Shown here: positions 19,454-28,837 of the stretch, piece after piece
Position numbering within the stretch: the first letter of the stretch is position 1
Layout: the number at the start of each line of letters is the position of its first letter
Assembly (NCBI GenBank): GCA_014238315.1
Contig: JABABG010000021.1
Coordinates: 1-43,329 of the forward strand
Direction: 5' to 3'
Length of the DNA: 43,329 bases
From: Alphaproteobacteria bacterium
GTDB taxonomy: Bacteria; Pseudomonadota; Alphaproteobacteria; JABAAW01
Made by a program: the position numbers and the translations under genes
The notes under the pieces: generated by a model
Seen by the model: the letters and a program-made list of their open reading frames with translations, nothing else
Databases searched by the model: none
What the model was told of the DNA's origin: nothing

Positions 19454-20176
19454 GTGCAGCGTAAAACAAAATTTTCTACAGCATCTTCGAAGAAATGCGA
19501 GGATGCGTTGATTTTGCAAAACATCACGCAGGAGTTTCCTAGTGGCAACTCAAGCTTGCGTATTCTCCACAATACTTCGCTCTCAATACTAAGCGGCGAA
19601 AGGGTGGTTTTGAGCGCGCCATCCGGTAGCGGTAAATCGAGCGTCCTCCATATCGCCGCCCTCCTCGCGCGTCCTATCAGCGGTAGCGTCATACTGAAAG
19701 GCGAAACACTAAATCCAAAAAGAGGCGACTTCGAGTCTCGCGCAAGTATCCTACGAGCTAAACATATCGGTTTTATCTACCAGTTTCACCACCTGCTCAA
19801 TGAATTCTCTGCGCTGGAAAATGTCATGCTAGCCCAACTAATAGCAAATGTATCTAGGGAAGAAGCACTCAAGCGGTCGCTCGAATTACTATATCGAGTC
19901 TCCTTGCGTGAGAGAATCCACCACAGACCATACCAACTCTCTGGTGGCGAGCGTCAAAGGGTGGCTATCGCACGAGCACTCGCAAACGACCCCGCTATAC
20001 TGCTGGCAGACGAGCCAACCGGTAATCTAGACGCAAAACTAAGATTGAGTGTCTTCGAAATGATGATGGATGTAGCTGGCAAACGCTCGATCTTGATAGC
20101 GACACATGACGATACACTTGCCAGGAAAGTGAAGCGGCGGATCACAATAAGCGAGCAAAAAATAGTGACCGCGTAG
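19454..20176 (+). CDS. lolD: Lipoprotein-releasing ABC transporter ATPase
   Basis: APSGSGKS, GFIYQFHHLL, LSGGERQRVAIARAL, LADEPTGNLD; follows lolE. Confidence 0.94.
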   Translation: MQRKTKFSTASSKKCEDALILQNITQEFPSGNSSLRILHNTSLSILSGERVVLSAPSGSGKSSVLHIAALLARPISGSVILKGETLNPKRGDFESRASILRAKHIGFIYQFHHLLNEFSALENVMLAQLIANVSREEALKRSLELLYRVSLRERIHHRPYQLSGGERQRVAIARALANDPAILLADEPTGNLDAKLRLSVFEMMMDVAGKRSILIATHDDTLARKVKRRITISEQKIVTA

Positions 20177-20197
20177 ATGAAAAGTAGCTGCCTGAAT

Positions 20198-20247
20198 AAA
20201 AAAGGACCAGCCCCCTCGTATATTATTGTCTTATCGGGGGGCTGGCC
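20198..20247 (-). terminator. Intrinsic terminator for the minus-strand transcript
   Basis: Minus strand CCAGCCCCCCG...CGAGGGGGCTGG hairpin followed by TCCTTTTTT. Confidence 0.7.
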
Positions 20248-20341
20248 GACTGTCACACGCGAGGAAAGGGCAAGAGAAGGAAACCACGCGTGCGAACCTC
20301 TGAACGAAAAATTATTTTCCAAACGATTCGTTGTCTTTTTT

Positions 20342-20521
20342 CTACTGATTTAGCTCTGGCTGCCTTCCTAAATTGGCCAAGCGCTCAACCAGCACCTCCA
20401 GAGAAGGATTAGTTTTGGGGTCGTAAGTTTCTTGGGCGAAACCTTCTAAATCTCTAAGGGCTGCCTCAAACTCCGAACTTGCCATTTCTTTAGTCCTCTG
20501 CAGGACTGCTTCTTCAGCCAT
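20342..20521 (-). CDS. Orphan small acidic protein, 59 aa (MAEEAVLQ...QPELNQ)
   Basis: ATG at 20521 with GAGG 9 nt upstream; fills an intergenic gap between a sigma54 site and a terminator; no family recognised. Confidence 0.6.
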   Translation of the reverse strand: MAEEAVLQRTKEMASSEFEAALRDLEGFAQETYDPKTNPSLEVLVERLANLGRQPELNQ

Positions 20522-20614
20522 ACTTCTATACCTCAATTTATTTACACCCTTCGCCTACCTCATATGAGAGTCTCCTCAAAGGCAAGATTCCTTCATTCTT
20601 TTCTCATGCAATAT

Positions 20615-20630
20615 CGCAATCTTTATGCCA
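20615..20630 (-). promoter_or_regulatory. Sigma54 (-24/-12) promoter
   Basis: Minus strand TGGCATAAAGATTGCG: GG-N10-GC; the first 8 nt are identical to the flgI site. Confidence 0.7.
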
Positions 20631-20701
20631 AGAATGAACGCGAGGTGCGATTGGGCGTAATAATCGTTAGTAATGTGAGTTTTTTGCCTACTAACGAATT
20701 T

Positions 20702-21400
20702 TTATAATGCCAATTGATCCATATAAAGTGTTTTGCCTCCGCTTGCGCGTGCGTCTGCTGGATCGTGAGTTACCAGAATTGTCGGCATGCGTTTTTCAAG
20801 TATTTTTCTAAAGACAAATCGGCGAAAGTCCCGTCTCAGCGGTAGGTCGAGCCTTGAAAATGGCTCGTCTAGCAACAAGGCTCTCGGTTGCGCGAGCAAG
20901 CAACGCATTACGGAAACTCGTGCCTTCTGACCTCCAGACAAACTATGCGGGTCGCGCTCGGCGAAGTCTGGAAGACCTGCCTGCTGCAAAGCTTGCATGA
21001 CCTCTTCCTTTATGCGAGCTCGACTACATTCCACCGTGCGCAAGGCAAAAGCCAAATTTTCTCCTACCGACATATGAGGAAACAACAAGTCTTCTTGGAA
21101 CAATAAACCAATCCGCCGCATGTGGATTGGCAATTGAGTTATGTCCTCGCCATTTAGCAAGACTCTGCCGCTAGCTTGCGGGGGTTGGGCTAGAGCCCCG
21201 CATAGATATGCTAGTAGAGATGATTTTCCAGAGCCACTAGCCCCCATAAAGACGACTATTTCTCCGCGAGCTACCTGTAGGTTTAAATTTCGCACGAGGT
21301 AATTTTCGCCAAGCTCAAGAGATATGCCCTGCAACGACAATCCTTTCCCCGACTCAGATGATGAGGATTTATTCACTCTAGCCACCAGCCATAAATGCAT
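20702..21400 (-). CDS. ynjD: ABC transporter ATPase, YnjD-like
   Basis: MGASGSGKSSLL, LFQEDLLFPHMSV, LSGGQKARV, LLDEPFSRLD. Confidence 0.85.
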   Translation of the reverse strand: MHLWLVARVNKSSSSESGKGLSLQGISLELGENYLVRNLNLQVARGEIVVFMGASGSGKSSLLAYLCGALAQPPQASGRVLLNGEDITQLPIHMRRIGLLFQEDLLFPHMSVGENLAFALRTVECSRARIKEEVMQALQQAGLPDFAERDPHSLSGGQKARVSVMRCLLAQPRALLLDEPFSRLDLPLRRDFRRFVFRKILEKRMPTILVTHDPADARASGGKTLYMDQLAL

Positions 21401-23189
21401 ATTTTCGCCACACTATGCGAGGTATCAGCAATGCGAGTGCGAAAAACAAGCAGGGTGTCGTTGCTTGCAAAAAAGCAAAAGCCCCTAGCAATCTCCTATC
21501 GCCTCCTGATGCTAGTGCTACCGCTTCGCTGGTTATGGTTGGGAATCGACCCGCGCCTATCAAAACTGTCGGCGCATAAAGCGCAATCGATACGGCTATT
21601 CCCAATGCAAATGCTGTCAACAATGGCTTCAATAGCATCGGTAGGGTTACGAATAGCATCGTGCGATTCCTATTGCTACCCAGCGTTTGCGCGGTGAGTT
21701 GATAGCGCTGATCTAGACCACGCCAATTGTCGCCAAGCGACAAGAATATGTATGGTAACACAAACAGCATGTGCGACCAAATTACGACTAGCATTGTGAC
21801 TGGCACGGAGAACGAGAATAGCAAAATTTGTATTCCTAATAGAAACGATATTTGCGGTATGACCAGTGGTAAATATATCGCTAGCAATGCCTTGTTTGAG
21901 TATGTTCTGGCTAGGCGATTTTTGCTCCGCGTCTCTTGTTCTAGGCAAAACACGCATAGTAACAAAGCGCAAGTGCTAGCCGATAGAGCTATCACCAAGG
22001 AAGTATTCCAAGGCTCTATTATGCGCATTAGCGATTCGAGCCATAGCTCTGCGCTCCATTCTTGTGGCAGGCTGGCAGGGAACCGCCATACTTTAGCGAA
22101 CGACCATATTGGTAGAAGTACTATTGCCAATATCCCGAGAATGCACAATCCTACGCTACTTGCACCCGCCAAGACATCGCCAAAGTTATACTGGGCGAGC
22201 TTATGCTGGTGAGTATATTTAGACTGTCTTATTTTCGCTCTGCCTAAAAGTAAGCGATGCTTTCTCACTTCGTGCGAACAAAGTATTTTACTAGGTATTC
22301 TAGAAAAAAAATTGCATCCCTTATATCTACCTCGCTCCAACCTTTGCCGCCGTATATTAAAGACGAGCAATTCTCCAACGCGCCATATAGCAATCGCAAG
22401 TAGAACGATTAACACCTGAACAAACGCTGCGCTTGCGGCTACGGTCTGCTTCAATAGGTCTGGGTCATTGTAGATATCTAGCAATAGGCGCGAGAATAGC
22501 GGCGGTCTGCTAGGAGCAAGCGTTAGGGCTACTTCTAAATTACTTAGTGAAAAAGCCAGCACAGTATATATAGGCAACCGCATCCGTCTATAGAGTTCTG
22601 GCAGTATGACGTGATAAAAAGCCTCACGCCTAGGGTATCCCAAACCTTGCGCTGTTAGTAGAGCTTTTTGCGAGTTATCTGCATTCTGCGACGCCAAGGC
22701 TATCAGGAACAAGAAAGGCACTTCTTTAATGACTAATGCTAGAACGTACAGCAATCCGTATGGATCTGGATTAGTTAACCAAAAGGGCGGCTCGGTGAAA
22801 CCAGTTATTTGCGGAGATATTAATCGTAACAACCAACCACTAGGAGCAAACAAAAAACCGATTCCCAAAGCAACCGCCGCGTGTGGTACAGATAGCAATG
22901 GCGCGAGCAGTAATCGTAAAAAACCTATGACTTTGCCGTGCGCAAAAGAGCAAAAGACCGAAAAAACGATTACGCAGGAGATAACGGTCGCTAGAAAACC
23001 GCACCTTATTGTGAAAACAACCGAACTGACAAGGAATGGAGTCTCGAACAGCTCTCGCATTGGCACAAGGGAGAAAGCGTGCAAGCCTAGTGCTGGAAAG
23101 TATCCAAAGGCTGGCAACAGCACGGCGCAAAGCCCGCACAAAATCGGCACGAGGAATAGCAACAGTGTTACAGGCGGGGCGAATCTCAT
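21378..23189 (-). CDS. ynjC: ABC transporter permease with two fused TM domains, YnjC-like
   Basis: LPAFGYFPALG, PHAAVALG, KEVPFL, HMLFVLPY, GAGRFPTITSEAVALASGGDRR. Confidence 0.85.
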   Translation of the reverse strand: MRFAPPVTLLLFLVPILCGLCAVLLPAFGYFPALGLHAFSLVPMRELFETPFLVSSVVFTIRCGFLATVISCVIVFSVFCSFAHGKVIGFLRLLLAPLLSVPHAAVALGIGFLFAPSGWLLRLISPQITGFTEPPFWLTNPDPYGLLYVLALVIKEVPFLFLIALASQNADNSQKALLTAQGLGYPRREAFYHVILPELYRRMRLPIYTVLAFSLSNLEVALTLAPSRPPLFSRLLLDIYNDPDLLKQTVAASAAFVQVLIVLLAIAIWRVGELLVFNIRRQRLERGRYKGCNFFSRIPSKILCSHEVRKHRLLLGRAKIRQSKYTHQHKLAQYNFGDVLAGASSVGLCILGILAIVLLPIWSFAKVWRFPASLPQEWSAELWLESLMRIIEPWNTSLVIALSASTCALLLCVFCLEQETRSKNRLARTYSNKALLAIYLPLVIPQISFLLGIQILLFSFSVPVTMLVVIWSHMLFVLPYIFLSLGDNWRGLDQRYQLTAQTLGSNRNRTMLFVTLPMLLKPLLTAFALGIAVSIALYAPTVLIGAGRFPTITSEAVALASGGDRRLLGAFAFLQATTPCLFFALALLIPRIVWRKYAFMAGG

Positions 23190-23275
23190 AGAGTTACCAA
23201 CACCCTCCCACCATTAGTAAAAAACGACTAGCCTATAATTTTTCCGCAGCTATTCCGCAGCGATGCTTGCGGACG

Positions 23276-24520
23276 CTATCCTCCGTAGCGTTTTTGCCAT
23301 TCTTTTTTCAAACGCTCACTCCAACTTGGATGAGGCTCTGGCAAACTTTTGCCTAGGTCTTTCGCGCTCATCGCTCCTACTTTTGCCTCGCCTTCGATTT
23401 TCGCGAATAAAGTACGAGCAGATTTCGGCAATTTATTCACTGCCAACACGGTTGGGTCGCCCCAGACTTCCAAATCGCCTTTGCGCGCTTGTGCTTCTGG
23501 CGATAGCAAGAAGTTGGCTACCACTTGCGCGCCCTCCTTGGCGTTTGCATTGTATGGTATCGCCACGAAATGCGCATTTCCTATGGTGCCTCTCTTGAGC
23601 ACATAGCCTCGTGCGCTTTTGGGCAATGTTCCTTGAGCTATCGACGATGCTACATCGCCTGGATTGAAGGTTAGCGAGAAATATACTTCGCCATCGTTGA
23701 GCAGTTGATTTTGCTTGGGCCAACTTTTCGGAAAACTGCGCCCCCCCTGCCACATAACTGGATGAAGCTGGTCAAGAAAGCTCCATAGTGGTTTTGTTAT
23801 TTCGTCAAAATCATCATCGACGGGACGAGCCAGCACCCCGCTGTCTTCCACTAGATCGTACAAAGCCTGCTTCAAGAATGTCGTTCCGATGAAGTCTGGC
23901 GGTGATGGGTAAGTGAAACGCCCTTTATTTTTTTTAGCATAAGCTAGAAGCTGCTTTAGGTTCTTGGGCGGTTTCGCAACTCGCGCCCCATCGTATATGA
24001 ATACCAACTGCGCGGTGCCCCATGGAGATTCGTAGCCATCTGTGGGTATGGTGAAATCATTTCTAGTTGCGGGTTTGTTTTTATAATCGACGTATTTAGC
24101 GTTGGGCAATCTATTGGCGAATGGTCCAAACAATAACTTTTGCTCTTTCATCGTTCGGAAGTTCTCGCCGTTGATCCATATCAAGTCGATTCCTCCCTTC
24201 GTATGCTTGCCGGCGCTTTTTTCTGCGAGTACCCTCCTTACCGCATCGCTTGTACTCTCTAGCTTAAAGTGCTTTAGGATAACCCCATGTCGTTGCTTAA
24301 CTTCATCAGCCACCCATCGCAGGTATGCGTTTATTTTCTCCGAACCTGCCCATGCGGCAAACCAAACAGTTTGACCACGCGCCTTATCTTCGGTTTTATG
24401 AAACTCGCCGTGGTCAGCACGAGCAGTGGTTGCGCATAAGCTGCTCCCGAGTAAAAACACGGCTGTCAGGAAAACTAGTGTACAATTGCGAAGGTATGAC
24501 AAGCTGGCGTGATGTGACAT
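23276..24520 (-). CDS. ynjB: ABC transporter substrate-binding protein, YnjB-like
   Basis: Signal peptide; ARGQTVWFAAWAGS, DLIWINGENF, FTYPSPPDFIGTTFLKQ, GNAHFVAIPYNA, WGDPTVL. Confidence 0.87.
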   Translation of the reverse strand: MSHHASLSYLRNCTLVFLTAVFLLGSSLCATTARADHGEFHKTEDKARGQTVWFAAWAGSEKINAYLRWVADEVKQRHGVILKHFKLESTSDAVRRVLAEKSAGKHTKGGIDLIWINGENFRTMKEQKLLFGPFANRLPNAKYVDYKNKPATRNDFTIPTDGYESPWGTAQLVFIYDGARVAKPPKNLKQLLAYAKKNKGRFTYPSPPDFIGTTFLKQALYDLVEDSGVLARPVDDDFDEITKPLWSFLDQLHPVMWQGGRSFPKSWPKQNQLLNDGEVYFSLTFNPGDVASSIAQGTLPKSARGYVLKRGTIGNAHFVAIPYNANAKEGAQVVANFLLSPEAQARKGDLEVWGDPTVLAVNKLPKSARTLFAKIEGEAKVGAMSAKDLGKSLPEPHPSWSERLKKEWQKRYGG

Positions 24521-24652
24521 GATATTACTCCTTTATGAATAGATTTTAAAATTATTGGCTACCGAATAGCACGAGAAAAACGAGCAAGAACTCGCCCACA
24601 GATACGCACGCATTATACGGACACTAACGGACAATAACCACTATCTAATAAC

Positions 24653-24704
24653 CTTCAAGCAATTAAACTTCAAGCAATTAACCCTCGAGCAATTAACTTT
24701 CGAG
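24653..24704. repeat. 15-bp tandem repeat, about 3.5 degenerate copies
   Basis: cttcaagcaattaaa cttcaagcaattaac cctcgagcaattaac tttcgag; overlaps the stop codon of the CinA-like gene. Confidence 0.85.
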
Positions 24705-25517
24705 ACTTTTCAGCATTACACGCAATTTCTGCACAATTTCCCGCAATCTTTGCGGAGAGCTATCGGAAACCACAATCGAGTTTTTCCAAGATAGTCTCTC
24801 TGAAGATACGCTAACATTGTCGCTCTTACCATCCTTTGCGTCTTTCAGGCGAGGATAACTACCTATTTCGCAATCTGGATACTCCTTTTGCAACAACCCT
24901 AACTGCTCTGCAAATTGACTTTCGTGTTGCTCTGTATCTATTGTTTCGCTTATCCACTCCGCACCGCTTGCGATTCTTTCCGTGAGCGTCGAGAGCATGG
25001 CTGCAAAGACTTGCGGTACTCCCGCGAGAACATAAACATTTCCGATATGAAACCCTGGTGCCATGGAAACTGAATTTTCTATAGGCTCTGCCCCTCTGGG
25101 CAATCGCACCATTTTCATCTTAGCCTCGTTCATGACCTCACCATGCCTTTTATAGAACGCACTCATCATTTCTAGATGTATCTTCGATATTTCTAGCGGA
25201 GCTTTAAACTCTGCCGCTATAGCCGCACTAGTGATGTCATCGTGCGTAGGACCTATGCCGCCAGAGGTGAAGAGCACATCGGCTACTCGCGATAACGATC
25301 TGACGGATACACGAATATCTTCCAGACTATCGTGTATCAACCTAGTCTCGAGTAGCTTAATCCCGCGTTGATTCAAAAACTTGGCTAGCGTTTGTAGATT
25401 TTTTTCCTGCGTCCTGCCTGCCAGTAATTCGCTACCAATTGCCAAAAATGTTGCGGTTGCCACTTTAGAACTAGTTACCATTCTTTGAGAATAGTAAAAG
25501 ATTTGTAGTAAAGACAA
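24693..25517 (-). CDS. CinA-like molybdopterin-binding (MoCF) domain protein
   Basis: IGSELLAGRTQEKN, TSGGIGPTHDDIT, NVYVLAGVP, IGSYP. Confidence 0.9.
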   Translation of the reverse strand: MSLLQIFYYSQRMVTSSKVATATFLAIGSELLAGRTQEKNLQTLAKFLNQRGIKLLETRLIHDSLEDIRVSVRSLSRVADVLFTSGGIGPTHDDITSAAIAAEFKAPLEISKIHLEMMSAFYKRHGEVMNEAKMKMVRLPRGAEPIENSVSMAPGFHIGNVYVLAGVPQVFAAMLSTLTERIASGAEWISETIDTEQHESQFAEQLGLLQKEYPDCEIGSYPRLKDAKDGKSDNVSVSSERLSWKNSIVVSDSSPQRLREIVQKLRVMLKSLES

Positions 25518-25575
25518 TGCAAAATGGAGAAAGTCTTCTAGTAAAAACAGTGCCTAATGCATTATGCTATCGCTT

Positions 25576-25666
25576 GGGGAACGGGCGCGGACGAGGGAGA
25601 CCGCTAACCCGGTCAGGTTCGAAAGAACGCAGCCGTAACGGTATCGCTTGGGTCGTGCCCTTCCCT
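25576..25666 (+). ncRNA. ffs: Signal recognition particle RNA (4.5S)
   Basis: Long hairpin GGGAACGGGCGCGGAC...GTCGTGCCCTTCCC with domain IV GGTCAGG-TTC-GAAA-GAA-CGCAGCC; directly upstream of dnaX, as is usual in alphaproteobacteria. Confidence 0.92.
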
Positions 25667-25695
25667 GCACTCTAGTGATGCAACCATGAAACTCT

Positions 25696-27069
25696 ATGCC
25701 CGAAAACGCTCAAAAAGAGACTAACGAATCTAGTCACGGTTCCCAGCCCCTGGAAACTCAGCAAGATTCGCTAATGCAAAAACCTCAGCAGAAATCGCAA
25801 GTGTCTGGCAACCGCCTAGTTCTCGCGCGAGCTTATAGACCGCTTTGCTTTGCCGATTTGCTCGGGCAAGACCATGCGCGTCGGGTCATCGAGAACGCTC
25901 TACGCAACGAGCGTCTTCACCATGCGATATTGCTCTCTGGTCCGCGAGGCGTTGGCAAGACTACTCTTGCTAGGCTAATCTCAAGAGCAATCAACTGTAA
26001 ATCCCGCAAGTCTGGTACCGACTCTTGTGGAGATTGCTCAGCCTGTCAAACGATGGCTGGTGAGTCTTTAGACATAATCGAGATAGACGCCGCCTCGCAT
26101 ACGGGGGTCGATGGCGTACGCGATATTGTCGATGGAGCAGGCTACCGACCCGTAGTTCTCAAGTACCGCGTCTATATTATCGACGAAGTACACATGCTTT
26201 CTCGAAGTGCATTCAATGCGCTCCTGAAAACTTTGGAGGAGCCTCCGCCGCACTTGCATTTTTTGTTTGCAACGACAGAACCCGACAAGATCCCCTTGAC
26301 GGTGCTATCGCGTTGCTTGCGTTTAGAGCTGCGTCGGTTAGACAACGAAACGCTTGCTTCTCACTACCGCGATGTTAGCAAGCGCGAAGGCAGGAAATTA
26401 GAGGAAGACGCGGCGATGGTGCTAGCGCAAGCCGCGGAAGGCTCGGTGCGCGATGGGCTTTCCTTACTCGACTGTGCGTTTTCCGAGAGCAACGACGATA
26501 CTATCACGTTGACTCAAGTTAGGAGCATGCTTTTGCTCTCGGATGGGCATGCCCTCTACGACTTGTTAGAGGCGATTGTTGATGAGGACTTAGAGCTTTC
26601 TCTTACGCGTCTCGATTCTTTGTTAAATAAGGGGGGACAGGCTGAGGTTTTGCTACGCGAGATTATGGAACGCTTGCATCGCCTATCGCGCTTTAGGGTT
26701 GTCGGCGCGATAGAGAACTCGCTTGAACCCAGCGACCGCGAGCGCGGCGGGGCACTGTCCGAACGTTTATCACTAGCCACGCTTTCGCGTATGTGGCAGC
26801 TGTCTTTGCGTGGCTACGAGGAACTTCGTTTGGCTCCAGATCCTAGGGCTTCGTTAGACATGTTGATTGTGCGCCTTGTCTGCGCTGCAGGCATGCCTCT
26901 GCCTAGCGAAGTTCTGACACGCTTGTCCAGAGATGCTGCTAGTGTGCAACCCGCAGGAAGCGCACGCGAGGAGAAGGATATTACTACTAGCGATTCTTCT
27001 CTATCGAGCAAGCTAAGGGTTGCTTTCCCGAACGCAAAAATAGAAGAGCAGGAGATAGAAGAGCAGTAG
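25696..27069 (+). CDS. dnaX: DNA polymerase III subunit gamma/tau
   Basis: LARAYRP, GPRGVGKTT, Zn-binding Cys cluster, EIDAASHTGVD, IIDEVHMLS, SRC, GSVRD. Confidence 0.97.
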   Translation: MPENAQKETNESSHGSQPLETQQDSLMQKPQQKSQVSGNRLVLARAYRPLCFADLLGQDHARRVIENALRNERLHHAILLSGPRGVGKTTLARLISRAINCKSRKSGTDSCGDCSACQTMAGESLDIIEIDAASHTGVDGVRDIVDGAGYRPVVLKYRVYIIDEVHMLSRSAFNALLKTLEEPPPHLHFLFATTEPDKIPLTVLSRCLRLELRRLDNETLASHYRDVSKREGRKLEEDAAMVLAQAAEGSVRDGLSLLDCAFSESNDDTITLTQVRSMLLLSDGHALYDLLEAIVDEDLELSLTRLDSLLNKGGQAEVLLREIMERLHRLSRFRVVGAIENSLEPSDRERGGALSERLSLATLSRMWQLSLRGYEELRLAPDPRASLDMLIVRLVCAAGMPLPSEVLTRLSRDAASVQPAGSAREEKDITTSDSSLSSKLRVAFPNAKIEEQEIEEQ

Positions 27070-27124
27070 TTAGATTAGGTTGCAATTAAAATTTATCATC
27101 TTGCCCCGTAAAAATATCCTCTTT

Positions 27125-28645
27125 TTATTCAGGTTTTGACTGGTAGCTTGACTGCAGCTCGCTAATAGGAAATACGTCGTGCGGGTGACTCTCCAAAACG
27201 CCAGCGGGAGTAATTCTTCGGAAACGACAACCTCCTTGCATTTCACTAATTGTTCTGTTGCCGGTATATCCCATCGCCGCACGCAAACCGCCTATCAGCT
27301 GCTCGATAGCGTACTCGACAGCTCCCCTATAAGGAACTCTCCCCTCGATGCCCTCGGCTACGAACTTCTGGCTATCGGCGACTTCTTGCTGAAAATATCT
27401 ATCAGCCGACCCTAGTGCCATAGCATTACGAGACCCCATACCCCTATATCGTTTATACGCTCTACCCTGCGCGAAGAAAACTTCTCCCGGCGCCTCGTCG
27501 GTGCCCGCGAATAATGAGCCCACCATTGCGCAATCTGCACCTGCTGCAACAACCTTCGCGAGATCGCCTCCATAACGCACCCCCCCATCTGCGATGGCTG
27601 GAATGCCGCGCTCTTTGCAAGCTTGAGATGCCTCACAGATTGCAGCGAACTGCGGCACTCCGACCCCTGCGACGATCCGAGTAGTACATATAGACCCAGG
27701 TCCTATGCCTATCTTCACTCCATCTACGCCCGCATCGATCAAGGCATTAGCCGCATCAGCCGTCGAGATATTTCCGCCGATTATATCTATTGCTGCAAAA
27801 TTTTCTTTCAGCCTCTTTACTTGCGATATAACGCTACTGCTATGTCCGTGCGCCGTATCGATGACGAGAATATCTACACCTGCTTCGCACAAAAGCCTAG
27901 CACGCTCGACATCCGCCTCCCCCGCGCCGACCGCGGCTGCTACGCGCAACCTATCTGAGACATCCTTGCTAGCCAATGGTCGTGCCTGCGCCGCCTCAAT
28001 GTCCTTGACGGTTATCAACCCTACGCATTTACCATTACCATCGACGACCAATAGGCGCTCTAATCTATGTTGACGTAGCAATTTTCTCGCCTTCGTCGTC
28101 GAGCAATCCACGGAGACTGTCACGAGATTTTCATGCGTCATTATGTCGCTTATCGGACAATCGAAATTTTCTAAGAATCTTACATCTCTATTTGTGACTA
28201 TCCCCAGTAGCTTTCGTGTTTTCGGCTCGACTACGGGTATGCCGCTAATTCGATGCTCGCGCATGAGCGATATAGCCTCGTGAGCTACAAGATTTGCGGA
28301 GATCGTGATAGGGTCGTCTACTATTGCCGATTGGAAACGCTTCACTCTGTGCACTTCTCGCGCTTGCTTTTGCGCAGTCATGCTTTTGTGAACTACGCCT
28401 AACCCTCCCAACTGCGCCATTGCGATAGCGAGCTTACTTTCGGTTACCGTATCCATCGCTGCTGATACGAGCGGAATCTGCAGGGATATGTTCCGAGTGA
28501 TCTTCGTTGCGACATCGGTCTCTTTCGGCATTATATCAGAGTATGCGGGCTCTATGATTACATCATCGAACGCCAATGCCTCTCTACAGAACTCATTCGA
28601 AGAGAAAAGCTGCTTTTTGTTAGCTACGGACTTATCAGCGCACAT
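27125..28645 (-). CDS. guaB: IMP dehydrogenase
   Basis: [12 protein letters not shown] pair, [25 protein letters not shown]. Confidence 0.98.
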   Translation of the reverse strand: MCADKSVANKKQLFSSNEFCREALAFDDVIIEPAYSDIMPKETDVATKITRNISLQIPLVSAAMDTVTESKLAIAMAQLGGLGVVHKSMTAQKQAREVHRVKRFQSAIVDDPITISANLVAHEAISLMREHRISGIPVVEPKTRKLLGIVTNRDVRFLENFDCPISDIMTHENLVTVSVDCSTTKARKLLRQHRLERLLVVDGNGKCVGLITVKDIEAAQARPLASKDVSDRLRVAAAVGAGEADVERARLLCEAGVDILVIDTAHGHSSSVISQVKRLKENFAAIDIIGGNISTADAANALIDAGVDGVKIGIGPGSICTTRIVAGVGVPQFAAICEASQACKERGIPAIADGGVRYGGDLAKVVAAGADCAMVGSLFAGTDEAPGEVFFAQGRAYKRYRGMGSRNAMALGSADRYFQQEVADSQKFVAEGIEGRVPYRGAVEYAIEQLIGGLRAAMGYTGNRTISEMQGGCRFRRITPAGVLESHPHDVFPISELQSSYQSKPE

Positions 28646-28837
28646 ATAAACATGATGGTATGGCGAGCATGTCCTACTCTAAACAATAAGGTACATTGCT
28701 TGCAAGCCTAATGGCTAGTTTCCGATGATCTTTATCTTTAGCCTCTACTTTAATCTATGTTAACGCTAATCTTCTATCATTCCCGCCCTTGCGAGAATAG
28801 ACTGCATGCGCGATAGTGTAGCTATGGTTGTGTAGAT

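Noticed and set aside
19954-20322. 122-aa minus-strand ORF
   Set aside because: Overlaps lolD antisense and runs through the hairpins and terminator
24521-24692. TPP riboswitch upstream of the ynjBCD-like (putative thiamine) transporter
   Set aside because: No CUGAGA or other TPP aptamer core seen on the coding strand
24653-24704. Short repeat arrays (also 36146-36190) as CRISPR or iterons
   Set aside because: Head-to-tail 15-mers with no spacers, and no cas or rep gene nearby
28750-28764. CtrA box in the guaB/rpe spacer (TTAA-tctatg-TTAAC)
   Set aside because: The spacer is 6 nt, not the canonical 7
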